Shown piece after piece: positions 10,833 through 21,568 of a DNA stretch of 61,993 nt. The translations under genes and the position numbers were made by a program. The DNA comes from Sulfurimonas sp. (GTDB lineage Bacteria; Campylobacterota; Campylobacteria; Campylobacterales; Sulfurimonadaceae): NCBI GenBank assembly GCA_027068455.1, contig JAMOSN010000024.1, forward strand, positions 1 through 61,993, given 5' to 3'. The notes beneath the pieces were generated by a model. The model was not told the origin of the DNA and searched no databases. It was given only the letters and a program-made list of their open reading frames with translations. Each line of letters begins with the position of its first letter. Position 1 is the first letter of the stretch.

Positions 10833-12398
10833 TTACCCTTTAATCCCAAACCAAAATTTGTAGTTTTTACTTTTTGCCATTTTAGACTCAAGCATCTCAT
10901 AGATACCATGTGTTCCTAAAATTGCAGTCAGCATTGAAGCTAAAATACCGATACTCATCGTAATAGCAAACCCTTTAATAGCACCAGTTCCATAAACATA
11001 CAACACTACTGAAGCGATAAGCGTTGTGATGTTGGCATCTAAAATAGCACGCATTGCATTGGAGTATCCCTCCTCAATAGCCTTATGCATACTTTTTCCT
11101 TCATGGATAAGTTCTCGTATCCGCTCTGTAATGATAACATTGGCATCAACCGCCATACCGACTGTTAAGACGATACCCGCCATACCTGGAAGTGTTAGTG
11201 TGGCACCAAAGAGGCTCATTACCGCCAAGAGTATTAAAAGGTTGGCAACAAGTGCTACATTTGCAATAACTCCAGCCATACGGTAATAAAACACCATAAA
11301 TATAATAACCAAAACAAAACCACCGATAAGTGCTTCCATAGAAGCCTTAATGGAATCAGCTCCCAAACTAGGTCCTACTGAGCGTTTCTCCATTAAGTAG
11401 ATAGGAGCAAGCAGTGCACCAGAACGAAGAGCGATAGCTAAATCTTTGGCTTCTAAAACAGTGTAGTTTCCAGAAATCTGACCACTTCCTCCACCTATAC
11501 GCTCATTGATATTTGGTGCAGAATAGACTTTACCATCAAGAACAACAGCCAAGCGTTTACCAACATTTTTACCAGTAAAATCACCAAAGATCTCAGCACC
11601 CTCGGCATTGAGCTTAAAGTTAATCACGGGACGGTTGTTTTGGTCAAACCCTACATTGGCATTGGTGAGCATTCCACCATCAAGGATCGGAATCTCTTTG
11701 ACAAGATATTTAATCTGTGTATTTTTGACATCCTCCAAGATTACATCACCGTACTGGGCTGCTTCTGCTGGTGTCATATTGTAAACTCTGGCATTTCTGT
11801 CTTCATCAACAGCCATAAGTTCCAGTTTTGCAGCACGAGAGATAAGTTCACGAGCACGCTTTTCATCCTCTTGGGATTTGATACCTGCAAGTTGTACAAG
11901 AATCTTCTCTTGCCCTTGACGTGCTACTACAGGCTCACTTAAACCAAATTGGTCAAGTCTGTTTCTAATAGTTTCTATCGCCTGATCAATTGCAAGTTTT
12001 TTTGTTTTTTCAATCTCTTTTGGTGTTAATGTAAGTGATATAACAGTGCCATTGAGAGAAAGTTTGACACCTTCTATCTCTTTGAGATATTCTTGAAACT
12101 TTGGAACTTCATCACTGTCAAGAACTTCAAAACTTACACTGTCATTTGTAAAGCTGAGATTGTCAATGAGTATATCATTACGCTCTGCGTAGTGTTTTAT
12201 GCTTGCAGCGATTGATTTGATGCGAGAAGCAACAGCTTCATCGGTTTTGACACCAAGAAGCATATGAAGACCACCTTGAAGATCAAGGCCTAGTGTGATT
12301 TTTTTGCCACCTTCGGTTTGAAGAAGTGATGGTGCTGAAAAAACAACACCAAAAATAATTGCTAAAGCGAAAATGACTATGCGATAATTAAGCTTCAT
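10833..12398 (-). CDS. secD: Protein translocase subunit SecD
   Basis: LGLDLQGG, GMAVDANV motifs; start MKLNYR at 12398. Confidence 0.97.
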   Translation of the reverse strand: MKLNYRIVIFALAIIFGVVFSAPSLLQTEGGKKITLGLDLQGGLHMLLGVKTDEAVASRIKSIAASIKHYAERNDILIDNLSFTNDSVSFEVLDSDEVPKFQEYLKEIEGVKLSLNGTVISLTLTPKEIEKTKKLAIDQAIETIRNRLDQFGLSEPVVARQGQEKILVQLAGIKSQEDEKRARELISRAAKLELMAVDEDRNARVYNMTPAEAAQYGDVILEDVKNTQIKYLVKEIPILDGGMLTNANVGFDQNNRPVINFKLNAEGAEIFGDFTGKNVGKRLAVVLDGKVYSAPNINERIGGGSGQISGNYTVLEAKDLAIALRSGALLAPIYLMEKRSVGPSLGADSIKASMEALIGGFVLVIIFMVFYYRMAGVIANVALVANLLILLAVMSLFGATLTLPGMAGIVLTVGMAVDANVIITERIRELIHEGKSMHKAIEEGYSNAMRAILDANITTLIASVVLYVYGTGAIKGFAITMSIGILASMLTAILGTHGIYEMLESKMAKSKNYKFWFGIKG

Positions 12399-12654
12399 CC
12401 TCATACTTCTTTGCAATGGAGTCTTTTGTAATTTTTACGATGGTATCATCATTCATTTTTACTGAGAAGAAGTTCTCTTCCACTTTATGAACAACAACAA
12501 TAAAACCACCGTTAGTGATAACCTTATCACCTTTTTTAAGTGACTCTATCATCTCTTTTTTAGCTTGCGCCTCTTTTTGTTGTGGACGGATAATCACAAA
12601 ATACATAATTGCGATTAAAAATATAAACGGTAACAGTTGAGAGATAATTTCCAT
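12388..12654 (-). CDS. yajC: Preprotein translocase subunit YajC
   Basis: IRPQQK...LKKGDKVIT motif; start MEII at 12654. Confidence 0.95.
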   Translation of the reverse strand: MEIISQLLPFIFLIAIMYFVIIRPQQKEAQAKKEMIESLKKGDKVITNGGFIVVVHKVEENFFSVKMNDDTIVKITKDSIAKKYEDEA

Positions 12655-12740
12655 ACTCTTTACTTCCTTATTTGAATTAAAATTGCAAGGATTATACAAA
12701 ACTTATACTAACATAGCGATAAATTGAGTACAATTTCGTT

Positions 12741-13949
12741 ATGAAAAAATTAAGAGATGATTTTTTACTCGCTTTTGCGACGGCAATTTTTTTTAGTGCT
12801 TTTATCTATTTGGCTGAGTATGGGATAGTACTGCCTTTTGTAAATTCATTGTTAGGAATCGGCGCACTTGCTTTGATGCTTTATATACCAAAACGTGCTG
12901 TTTTGATAGCTGGGTTTTTGATAGGGCTGTTGTGGTTCTACTGGATAGGATACAGTTTTGAGTATCAGGGTGTTGGATATATGACACCTATTGTAACATT
13001 TGGTTTTGGTGTGGTATATATGCTCTTTTTTGCTCCTATTGCGTTAACAAATAAACCTTATATACGAGCAATATTACTTTTTGGTTTGAGTTTTGTAGAG
13101 CCGTTTGACTGGAACTGGATGAAGATAGAATTGTTGTTTGTAGATAGCTATTTTGGTATTTTTAAGTATCAGTTGGCAATTATTTTAGCGGCTTTGAGTG
13201 TACCTTCTTTGATACCAGAAAAACGTTATAAATGGCTTCCGTTACTTTTGCTTGTTTTTGCTATACAAACACATTATGAACAGCCAGAAAAAGCCCCTTT
13301 AAACATTAAGTTGGTACAAACAGATATATTGCAAGAGAATAAATGGCTCCCAAGTGAGCTTTACCCTACAATGTTTATGATATTTAGAGAGATACAACAC
13401 GCAATAGATGAGGGGTATGATGTAGTAGTTCTTCCTGAATCAGTTGTTCCTCTGTTTATGAATAAAGCACCTAAAATCGAAGATAAACTTAAAGAGCTTT
13501 CTCATAAAATTACTATCATAGCAGGTACTTTGTTACTAGAAGATAATAAGAACTATAATGTGACTTATGTTTTTGAAAATGCAAAAGTGCAAGTTGCAAA
13601 AAAACTGGTACTTGTCCCTTTTGGAGAATATATCCCACTGCCAAAATTTGCTCAAAAATTTATCAATGATACTTTTTTCAGTGGGGCAAGTGATTTTGTT
13701 ACAGCCAAGCATCCAACTGATTTAAATATAAAAGGGATAAGATTTCGGAATGCGATTTGTTATGAGGCAACATGTGATGAGATATATGCTGGTGATGTAA
13801 AATATGTTATAGCTATAAGCAACAATGCATGGTTCGCTCCCTCTATCGAACCTACATTGCAAAGATTACTTATGAAGTTTTATGCACGAAAATATGGGGT
13901 GATAATCTACCATAGTGCTAACTATAAAGGGAGTGGGATAGTGCAATAA
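12741..13949 (+). CDS. lnt: Apolipoprotein N-acyltransferase
   Basis: TM N-terminus; PES, KLVLVPFGEY, ICYE nitrilase-fold triad motifs. Confidence 0.93.
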   Translation: MKKLRDDFLLAFATAIFFSAFIYLAEYGIVLPFVNSLLGIGALALMLYIPKRAVLIAGFLIGLLWFYWIGYSFEYQGVGYMTPIVTFGFGVVYMLFFAPIALTNKPYIRAILLFGLSFVEPFDWNWMKIELLFVDSYFGIFKYQLAIILAALSVPSLIPEKRYKWLPLLLLVFAIQTHYEQPEKAPLNIKLVQTDILQENKWLPSELYPTMFMIFREIQHAIDEGYDVVVLPESVVPLFMNKAPKIEDKLKELSHKITIIAGTLLLEDNKNYNVTYVFENAKVQVAKKLVLVPFGEYIPLPKFAQKFINDTFFSGASDFVTAKHPTDLNIKGIRFRNAICYEATCDEIYAGDVKYVIAISNNAWFAPSIEPTLQRLLMKFYARKYGVIIYHSANYKGSGIVQ

Positions 13950-14008
13950 TATTTTTCTAACCTCTTTTAGCTATAATAAGAAAAAATATCATACGAGGTT
14001 ATATATCA

Positions 14009-16102
14009 ATGCTAAACCTTAAAAATCCAAACCTTTATAACAACCGTGAGCTTTCATGGTTGCAATTTAATACAAGAGTTCTTAAACAGGCTCAAGATGA
14101 ATCATTACCACTTTTGGAACGCTTGAAGTTTCTCGCTATTTATGGAACAAATTTAGATGAGTTTTATATGATTCGTGTAGCTGGTCTTAAAAAACTCTTT
14201 TCTGCTGGTATCATTGTTTCAGGAGCTGACAGACTTACCCCTTTGCAACAACTTCGTGAGATTCGTAAGTATCTCCATCAGGAGCAGCAGGTTGTAGAAC
14301 ATTGTCGTAGTGAAATTTTAAAGCAACTCGAAAAGGAGGGTATCTTTGTCAAAAGATATGATGAAGCGACCAATCAGGAAAAAAACAAACTTAATCAGTA
14401 CTTTAATGAAAATATCTATCCTGTAATTATTCCCATTGCAGTAGATGCGACACACCCTTTTCCACACCTTAATAACTTGAGTTTTGGTCTTATTGTCAAA
14501 CTTCGTGACAGTGATAATGATGCGATAGAGCGTTTTGGAATTATACGTGTTCCACGTGTACTGAATCGTTTTGTAGAGCTTGGAAATGGCGTTTATGTGC
14601 CTATAGAGAGTGTTGTTGCCAAACATGTTGATGAGCTTTTTCCTGGATATGATTTGATTAAGTATGCATCTTTCCGTGTAACGCGTAATGCTGATATCGC
14701 AATAGAGGAGGAGGAAGCTGATGACTTTATGGAGATACTTGAAGAGGGCTTAAAGCTTCGTAGAAAAGGGGAGATGGTTCGTCTTGAAGTGGGCAGTAAT
14801 GCTGATGATGAAATCATTAATTTTTTTAACCGCCACACCAATGTTTATAAAGATGATATTTACAAATTTCATACCTTTTTAAATCTTGCTTCCTTATGGC
14901 AAATAGTCAATAATAAAGATTTTGCTCACCTGCTTTTACCACCATTTAAACCAAAAAATCTTCCACCGTTTGACAATGGTGATAATATTTTTGCTATTTT
15001 GGAAAAACAAGATGTCTTTATGTATCATCCGTATGAGAGTTTTGAACCAATTGTTACATTGATTCAAGCTGCTGCAAAAGACCCAGATGTAGTCTCTATT
15101 AAAATGACACTTTATCGTTCAGGTACAAATTCCCCTATTGTCAAAGCGTTAATGGATGCGAGTGAAAGTGGTAAACAGGTAACTGTTATGGTTGAACTTA
15201 AAGCCCGTTTTGATGAAGAAAACAACCTGATCTGGGCAAAAGCACTGGAGAAATCGGGTGCACATGTTATTTATGGTATTCAAGGATTTAAAGTTCATGC
15301 CAAAGCAGCCCTTGTAACACGCAGAAAAAACGGTAAGCTTAAACAGTATGCACATTTGGGTACAGGAAATTATAATCCAGCTACAGCAAAGATATATACA
15401 GATATGAGTTATATGACAAGTAAAGATGTTGTTACCAATGATTTAACTCGTTTTTTTCACTTTTTAACAGGCTTTAGTAAAAAAGGGAAACTTAATGAGC
15501 TCTATATGGCACCATCACAAATCAAGCCAAAACTGCTCTCACTTATTCATAATGAAACAAGACAGGGAAGTGACGGACATATCATTGCTAAGGTTAACTC
15601 TTTGGTTGATGATGATGTGATTCGTGCTCTTTATAAAGCTTCTCAGGCTGGTGTAAAAGTAGAACTTATTGTTCGCGGTATATGTTGTTTAAAACCTGGC
15701 ATAGAGGGAGTGAGTGAAAATATCCGTGTTATCTCTATACTTGGAAAATATTTAGAACACGCAAGAGCATTCTATTTTAAAAATGATGCTTCACAGGTGT
15801 ATATCTCAAGTGCAGACTGGATGCCAAGAAACCTTGTTCGTCGTATAGAACTGCTTACTGCTGTAAAAGATGTTGATGCACAAAAGAAAATTATTCAGAT
15901 ACTTAAACTTCAATGTTCTGATAATGTTCTCGCTCATGAACTCCAAAGTGATGGAACATATGTTAAAGTCAAAGCTAGTGAGAGAAGCATCAATAATCAT
16001 AAACTTTTAGAAGATTATGTAAACCGTATAGCCAAAGCAACACGCAAAGAAACAAGTAGTCATATCAAACAGCTTGTTGAGCGTTTATTCATTGAGAGTT
16101 AA
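14009..16102 (+). CDS. ppk1: Polyphosphate kinase 1
   Basis: NRELSWLQFN, HPYESF, KVHAK, SADWM motifs. Confidence 0.97.
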   Translation: MLNLKNPNLYNNRELSWLQFNTRVLKQAQDESLPLLERLKFLAIYGTNLDEFYMIRVAGLKKLFSAGIIVSGADRLTPLQQLREIRKYLHQEQQVVEHCRSEILKQLEKEGIFVKRYDEATNQEKNKLNQYFNENIYPVIIPIAVDATHPFPHLNNLSFGLIVKLRDSDNDAIERFGIIRVPRVLNRFVELGNGVYVPIESVVAKHVDELFPGYDLIKYASFRVTRNADIAIEEEEADDFMEILEEGLKLRRKGEMVRLEVGSNADDEIINFFNRHTNVYKDDIYKFHTFLNLASLWQIVNNKDFAHLLLPPFKPKNLPPFDNGDNIFAILEKQDVFMYHPYESFEPIVTLIQAAAKDPDVVSIKMTLYRSGTNSPIVKALMDASESGKQVTVMVELKARFDEENNLIWAKALEKSGAHVIYGIQGFKVHAKAALVTRRKNGKLKQYAHLGTGNYNPATAKIYTDMSYMTSKDVVTNDLTRFFHFLTGFSKKGKLNELYMAPSQIKPKLLSLIHNETRQGSDGHIIAKVNSLVDDDVIRALYKASQAGVKVELIVRGICCLKPGIEGVSENIRVISILGKYLEHARAFYFKNDASQVYISSADWMPRNLVRRIELLTAVKDVDAQKKIIQILKLQCSDNVLAHELQSDGTYVKVKASERSINNHKLLEDYVNRIAKATRKETSSHIKQLVERLFIES

Positions 16103-16112
16103 GGAGAGTTGC

Positions 16113-16637
16113 GTGTTACACAAATATAAGAACATTGTACCAAAAATAGGTGAGGGAACATGGGTTGCACCCTCTGCCGATGTGATTGGCGAAGTTACAT
16201 GTGGGAAAGATTGCTCTATCTGGTTTGGATGTGTTGTAAGGGGTGATGTGCACTATATAAAAATAGGGGATAGAACCAATATTCAAGACCTCTCTATGCT
16301 ACATGTAACACACTATAAAAATGGTGATAAATCAACTGGAAATCCTACTGTGATAGGTGATGATGTTACGATTGGTCATCGTGTTATGCTTCATGGTTGT
16401 ACCATTGAGGATGCGTGTCTTATTGGGATGAGTGCAACTATTTTAGATGGTGCGGTTATTGGAAAAGAGAGCATTGTAGGTGCTGGCGCACTTGTAACAA
16501 AAAACAAAATTTTCCCACCACGAAGTCTTATAGTGGGGTCTCCTGCTAAAGTTATACGAGAACTCAGTGAGGATGAGGTGGCAGAACTGTATGCTTCTGC
16601 CAAACGGTATGTAGAGTTTAAAAGGGATTATGAGTAA
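16113..16637 (+). CDS. Gamma-class carbonic anhydrase family protein
   Basis: Hexapeptide repeats, VVRGD, NIQD, GHRVMLHG; AGGAG RBS at 16102-16106 before GTG at 16113. Confidence 0.9.
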   Translation: MLHKYKNIVPKIGEGTWVAPSADVIGEVTCGKDCSIWFGCVVRGDVHYIKIGDRTNIQDLSMLHVTHYKNGDKSTGNPTVIGDDVTIGHRVMLHGCTIEDACLIGMSATILDGAVIGKESIVGAGALVTKNKIFPPRSLIVGSPAKVIRELSEDEVAELYASAKRYVEFKRDYE

Positions 16638-16649
16638 AGATTATAGAAA

Positions 16650-17828
16650 TTATGTTCTATAATCTGCATTGATCTCCACATATTTATATCCGAGATCGCA
16701 TCCATACGCTCTAAAAGAGCCATCACCTAAACCTAAATCACAAGAGATAGTAAAAGAGTCTTTTTTCATAACTTGTGCAGCTTTGACCTCCATAGCTTCA
16801 TCAAAATAGAGATTACCTTTATCATAAACACAAACATCATCAAAAGAGATACTTAAAAGTGCTTCATCGGCTTTAGCACCGCTTGCTCCCACCGTTGAAG
16901 CGATACGCCCCCAGTTTGGATCTTCACCGTAAAGTGCAGTTTTGACTAAAAGTGAGTTAGAGAGTGCTTTTGCTACTACTTCAGCTTCTTTATCAGATAC
17001 AGCGCCTGTGACTTTGTAAGTAACAAGTTTGGTGGCACCCTCTCCATCACGTACCATCTCACGTGCTAAAAATGTCATAATCTCATAAAGTGCTTTATTG
17101 AAAGCTTCTTTATTGTATATACCAGATTTTTTATTGCTTAAAAGCATAACAGTATCATTGGTTGAGGTGTCACCGTCCACACTTGCTGCATTGAATGTGA
17201 GTTGCGTGTTAGCATTTAAAAGTGTTTGCATCTCCTCTTTTGTAATATCTGCATCTGTTGTGATAAAACATAACATCGTTGCCATGGCAGGGTTAATCAT
17301 TCCTGCCCCTTTTGCTATTGCACCAATGTGGAAATTGCTACCATCTTCTAGCTCTACTTTATATGCAATCTTTTTGGCAAAACTGTCTGTTGTCATAATC
17401 GCCTGTGCTGCTGCATCAGAGTTGCGTGTTGTAAGATTAAAAAGTTTTGTGCCGCTAATGATTTTATCTTTTGGCAAACGAACACCAATAACACCAGTGG
17501 AACTCATAACAGGGTTGGTAATATTAGCAGGCAAGGCTGATAGAATCTCATCAATATCCTCAATACCCGCTTTACCTGTCATCGCATTGGCATTCTTAGA
17601 GTTAATAAGGACAAAATTGGTTTGAAAATCTCCTTTATTGCGAAAATGGCGAATAGGGGCTGCTGTCATTTTATTTGTTGTAAAGACAGAAGCTATATCA
17701 CAAAGAGTGTCACTGTATATAAATGCCATATCTTTGGCACCATCAGGTTTGAGACCTGCACTTACACCATCAGCAAAGAAACCATCAGCAGCACATACAC
17801 CACTCTCTATTTTTGTTAATTTATACAA
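16650..17828 (-). CDS. argJ: Ornithine acetyltransferase / N-acetylglutamate synthase
   Basis: KGAGMINPAMATML, DTSTND, RDGEGAT motifs. Confidence 0.97.
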   Translation of the reverse strand: MYKLTKIESGVCAADGFFADGVSAGLKPDGAKDMAFIYSDTLCDIASVFTTNKMTAAPIRHFRNKGDFQTNFVLINSKNANAMTGKAGIEDIDEILSALPANITNPVMSSTGVIGVRLPKDKIISGTKLFNLTTRNSDAAAQAIMTTDSFAKKIAYKVELEDGSNFHIGAIAKGAGMINPAMATMLCFITTDADITKEEMQTLLNANTQLTFNAASVDGDTSTNDTVMLLSNKKSGIYNKEAFNKALYEIMTFLAREMVRDGEGATKLVTYKVTGAVSDKEAEVVAKALSNSLLVKTALYGEDPNWGRIASTVGASGAKADEALLSISFDDVCVYDKGNLYFDEAMEVKAAQVMKKDSFTISCDLGLGDGSFRAYGCDLGYKYVEINADYRT

Positions 17829-18951
17829 ATTTCAACTCCTTAGGTTTGACCCGTTTTCTCATAAGGTCACGTGTTATTTTGATACCTGCTTGCGTACCAA
17901 TTACTAAAAGTTTTGATTCACTTGTTACTAATGTATCACCTTTTGGCATTGTGATGAATTTTCCATCTTTTGTTGTTATACCGACAACTGAAGTGTTGGC
18001 AATTTCACGAATATGGGTCTCTTTAAGTTTTTTAAGTACTGCCCAACTGTAGCGTGGAACTTCAATCTCCTGCATATCAAGTGGGTTGTCACTTTTATAT
18101 AAAAATTCCTCTAAAAGATTTTCCATATCTGGGCGTGCTGCCATGGCACTTACCCTTTGGGCTGTCAGTTTTGTTGGACTCACCACTGTATCAGCACCAA
18201 GTTTTTTAAGTTTTTCTACATCACTCATATTCTCAGCTGCGGATATCACATAATATGGGCGTGGAAGAAAATGTTCTTTTTCAAAGAGTCTAACAGAAGC
18301 GATAAGTGCAATATTATCGGCAATAGAATCTGAGAGTGTTATAAGCCCTTTTGCAGAGGAGAGATGAGCTTTAAGCATGGCAAGTTCGGCATGTGGTTCA
18401 GCTTGAAGATAATGAGGGTACTTATACTCTTGTGCCCATTTATGTATATCTTCCCTAGGGTCAATCACTATAAATGGGATGTGATTTTTTCGTAATTGTT
18501 TGGTTACCTCAATAGTATAATCGTTATGGTAACATACAACAAAATGTTTTTTTAATCTTGCTATTTTATATAACATACGTCTCTCCTTTAAAACAGCGAC
18601 AATATGACCTTTATTTATCTCTGCAACTAAAATACCCAAAGCACTTGAAAATACAGCAAAACCAGCAATGATAAGATTGATTGTAAATATTCTACCATTT
18701 TCTGACATTGGTGCGATCTCACCAAAACCAACTGTTGTAAATGTAATGGCTGTTTGATAGATGGCATCCATTATAGTAAAGTTGTCTATTACTACATAGC
18801 CTATAGAGCCAATGAGCATCACTAATACTGTAAGAATAAGAGGTAATCGAAAAGCTTTGAGATGGGGGTAAACTTCAGGAAGAAGTTTTGGATCGGGTTT
18901 GGGAGTAATCTCCCAATTGAGGAATTTGCGAATCCTTTCTAAAAGATTCAA
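17821..18951 (-). CDS. Potassium channel with TrkA-N/TrkA-C (RCK) domains
   Basis: TTVGFG selectivity filter between two TMs, then RCK domains. Confidence 0.92.
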   Translation of the reverse strand: MNLLERIRKFLNWEITPKPDPKLLPEVYPHLKAFRLPLILTVLVMLIGSIGYVVIDNFTIMDAIYQTAITFTTVGFGEIAPMSENGRIFTINLIIAGFAVFSSALGILVAEINKGHIVAVLKERRMLYKIARLKKHFVVCYHNDYTIEVTKQLRKNHIPFIVIDPREDIHKWAQEYKYPHYLQAEPHAELAMLKAHLSSAKGLITLSDSIADNIALIASVRLFEKEHFLPRPYYVISAAENMSDVEKLKKLGADTVVSPTKLTAQRVSAMAARPDMENLLEEFLYKSDNPLDMQEIEVPRYSWAVLKKLKETHIREIANTSVVGITTKDGKFITMPKGDTLVTSESKLLVIGTQAGIKITRDLMRKRVKPKELKFV

Positions 18952-18967
18952 AACATATTCCTAGAGT

Positions 18968-19156
18968 TTACGAATTTTTCTTAAGTGTGCGTAATTCTCT
19001 TGCAGAAATCTTAATCTTTTTCGTTGTACCATCTTCTAATGTGATACGCACTGTTCTTAGGTTTAGTAAAAAACGACGCTTTGTTCTGTTTTTCGCGTGA
19101 GATACATTGTTCCCACTCATAGGGCCTTTGCCACTAATAGCACATCTTCTTGCCAT
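18968..19156 (-). CDS. rpmB: 50S ribosomal protein L28
   Basis: [10 protein letters not shown]...[15 protein letters not shown]. Confidence 0.98.
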   Translation of the reverse strand: MARRCAISGKGPMSGNNVSHAKNRTKRRFLLNLRTVRITLEDGTTKKIKISARELRTLKKNS

Positions 19157-19333
19157 TTTAGGTTCCTTTATTAGGTTTTTAAAGTTGCGAATTGTATCAA
19201 ATTAAAGCAAAACTTCAACTTAAGCGAAATGGAATTGTTGGATTAGTAGAAAATTTAACTATATTTTATATAAGAATAGTTAGAATACATGACGTTTGAA
19301 AATATTTTTAAAAATTAAAGAGAAAGTAAAGAC

Positions 19334-20131
19334 TTGATAACAAATGAAAAAATAGATAGTTTTATTAAAAAGATACCACCTGCGCCAAAGATTCTTCAAA
19401 CAACGTTAAAACTTCTTAATGAAGGTGAACTTATAGAAGCGGCAAAAGTTGCTAAAGAAGATCTTGCTTTGAGCAGTTATCTTAGAACACTTGTAAATAA
19501 ACCAATATATGGTTTTAAGAATGAGGTAAAAGATATTTCTCAAATCTTTGGAATTTTGGGTGTAGCTAAATCACAGCAGGCTGTATATGCTTACATGGTA
19601 TCACTCCTTTCCCCGTCACAATGGAATTTTTTTAAGCTAAATAAAAATAATTTTGCCAATTTACAGGCAGAACTTGCTGTAAATTGGCAAAAAATTACTA
19701 AATATCTAAAGATAGAAAATAAAGATATTCAAAGTGCTATAGCATTACTTCCAGCTAGCATTATTGTTAGTGAAGCACTTTTTTGTGAAAAAAAAGAGGA
19801 TGTAGAACTTCTACGTACTACTAAAGATATAGATCTCAATACAATTTTAAAACGTTTATGTAAGAAAGATCTTTTTGATATATGTGAAGCAATAGCGATA
19901 AAATGGGAGATGGAATCTGTTATAGGTGAAATAGTGCAAGCAGCATCTGGGGTAAAACCTTCAGAAGATATTCAAACAGATGCACTTGGTAAATGGATGC
20001 ATCTTTTACTCTTTTATACACTATCAAAACCTGTTTACATTGACGCTGGATTAAACGATTTTATCTCGTTTAATATTGAATATGTTAGTGATATTTATGA
20101 AGATTTCGCAACATTAATGGAGATTGCATGA
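19334..20131 (+). CDS. HDOD domain protein
   Basis: IPPAP...DLALSSYLRTLVNKPIYG...LG pattern typical of the HDOD N-terminus; lacks the HD dyad. Confidence 0.8.
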   Translation: MITNEKIDSFIKKIPPAPKILQTTLKLLNEGELIEAAKVAKEDLALSSYLRTLVNKPIYGFKNEVKDISQIFGILGVAKSQQAVYAYMVSLLSPSQWNFFKLNKNNFANLQAELAVNWQKITKYLKIENKDIQSAIALLPASIIVSEALFCEKKEDVELLRTTKDIDLNTILKRLCKKDLFDICEAIAIKWEMESVIGEIVQAASGVKPSEDIQTDALGKWMHLLLFYTLSKPVYIDAGLNDFISFNIEYVSDIYEDFATLMEIA

Positions 20132-21522
20132 GAGCAGTTATAAAAAATGGAATAGGAGTTTTTCATCCTCAGGGTTTTTTAGATGGAAATTCAAGTCTCT
20201 CAATGTTGAGTATTGAAGATATCAATGCAACACTTCATGCCAATGTGGATATGGTATTAGTATCTCTAAAAAAAGTGATTTTTTTTAATCGTAACGGACT
20301 TGACGCTTTTGTTAAACTATTTCAAAAAGTGCGTAGTGAAAAACATATTACCGTTGGGTTTTGTGATTATGACGAGAAAAAATATAATGCAATAACGAAG
20401 TTTTATAAAGATGAAATAATATTTTCTTTGTTTATCACTCAAGAAGTAGCATCACTTTTTGCTTCAAGTTTTCAAAATAAAAGTAAGAATGTTTTGCTTT
20501 ACAGTGAAGACAAATCGCAACGTACAGCTATAGCAATAGAATTGCATGATAACGGTCATAACCCTATAATAGCGCAAAGTTTGGCAGAGTTTGAACAAAA
20601 AGCAAAAGTAGAATCCGCATATGATGTTATTATCAAAGATACATTTTTAGGACAGACTGGGCAAAAAGTAGCAACAAGAGTAACAGGTAATGCTATAATT
20701 TATACTGTTTCATCATTTTTAGATGCTGAGATAGGTAGTAGTTTTGATATTAACTACCATACCAATTCACTCAATGTAGGTTTTAGACTTTTTATATTTG
20801 ATGCATATAAAGTAGTTAGTATGAATGTGCATGCGTTGAACTTCTTTTCTAAACTAGCAAGTTCTAGTGCTGAGTATAATGCAACCATATGTTTTGTGGG
20901 TATGAGTTTTGATAAAACCCCTATAAGCTTTAAAGAGACACTAGAAGATTCAGGTATTATGTTTTTCAATCAAATGGATGATATCTTGCAAGATAAAGAA
21001 TTACTTCAAGAGTTGGGCGCAAGTAGTGCAGCAGTTGTAAAAAATAAACGTACACTCAATAAAGTTATTGTAACAGAACTTCCTAATTTTATTGAAGCTA
21101 CTGTAGGTACTATTGAAATGATGACCAATTCTAAGGCATATAAAGAAGCTGCTAAAATTGATACAATTGCTATAGCAGATTCAGATGATAAAATAGCGAG
21201 TTCCATTGGGTTTTATGGAGATATTGATGGAATGGTGATTCTTGTATTTCCTGTTAATATCGCAAAAAAGGCTTGTGAACTTCTTATTGGTGAGGAAACA
21301 GATGATAAAGAACTTATTTTGGACACACTTGCAGAACTTGTGAATATTGTCGGTGGTAAAGTTAAAACTCTTTTAGCTGATGAGGGTTATTCTGTTGACA
21401 TTACACTTCCTCGTACCTATTCAGATATAGCATCGTTGATGGAAGTGGCACAAAATAAAAAAGGGGTGCAGGTTGACCTTGTATTTAATGATGAAAAGTT
21501 CTTATTTTTCTTAACAAGATAA
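20128..21522 (+). CDS. Multidomain protein: STAS-like, receiver-like, STAS-like, C-terminal CheX
   Basis: C-terminal SIGFYGDIDG...LAELVNIVGG...DITLP CheX signature; two STAS-like segments. Confidence 0.75.
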   Translation: MRAVIKNGIGVFHPQGFLDGNSSLSMLSIEDINATLHANVDMVLVSLKKVIFFNRNGLDAFVKLFQKVRSEKHITVGFCDYDEKKYNAITKFYKDEIIFSLFITQEVASLFASSFQNKSKNVLLYSEDKSQRTAIAIELHDNGHNPIIAQSLAEFEQKAKVESAYDVIIKDTFLGQTGQKVATRVTGNAIIYTVSSFLDAEIGSSFDINYHTNSLNVGFRLFIFDAYKVVSMNVHALNFFSKLASSSAEYNATICFVGMSFDKTPISFKETLEDSGIMFFNQMDDILQDKELLQELGASSAAVVKNKRTLNKVIVTELPNFIEATVGTIEMMTNSKAYKEAAKIDTIAIADSDDKIASSIGFYGDIDGMVILVFPVNIAKKACELLIGEETDDKELILDTLAELVNIVGGKVKTLLADEGYSVDITLPRTYSDIASLMEVAQNKKGVQVDLVFNDEKFLFFLTR

Positions 21523-21568
21523 AAGCTAGAAAAATATATAATTTTAAAAATTATATATTGGATAAAAA

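Noticed and set aside
17098-17625. Long antisense ORFs (175 aa opposite argJ; 163 and 154 aa opposite clpB; 122 aa opposite rpmH/rnpA)
   Set aside because: Antisense shadows of well-conserved genes with no recognisable motifs
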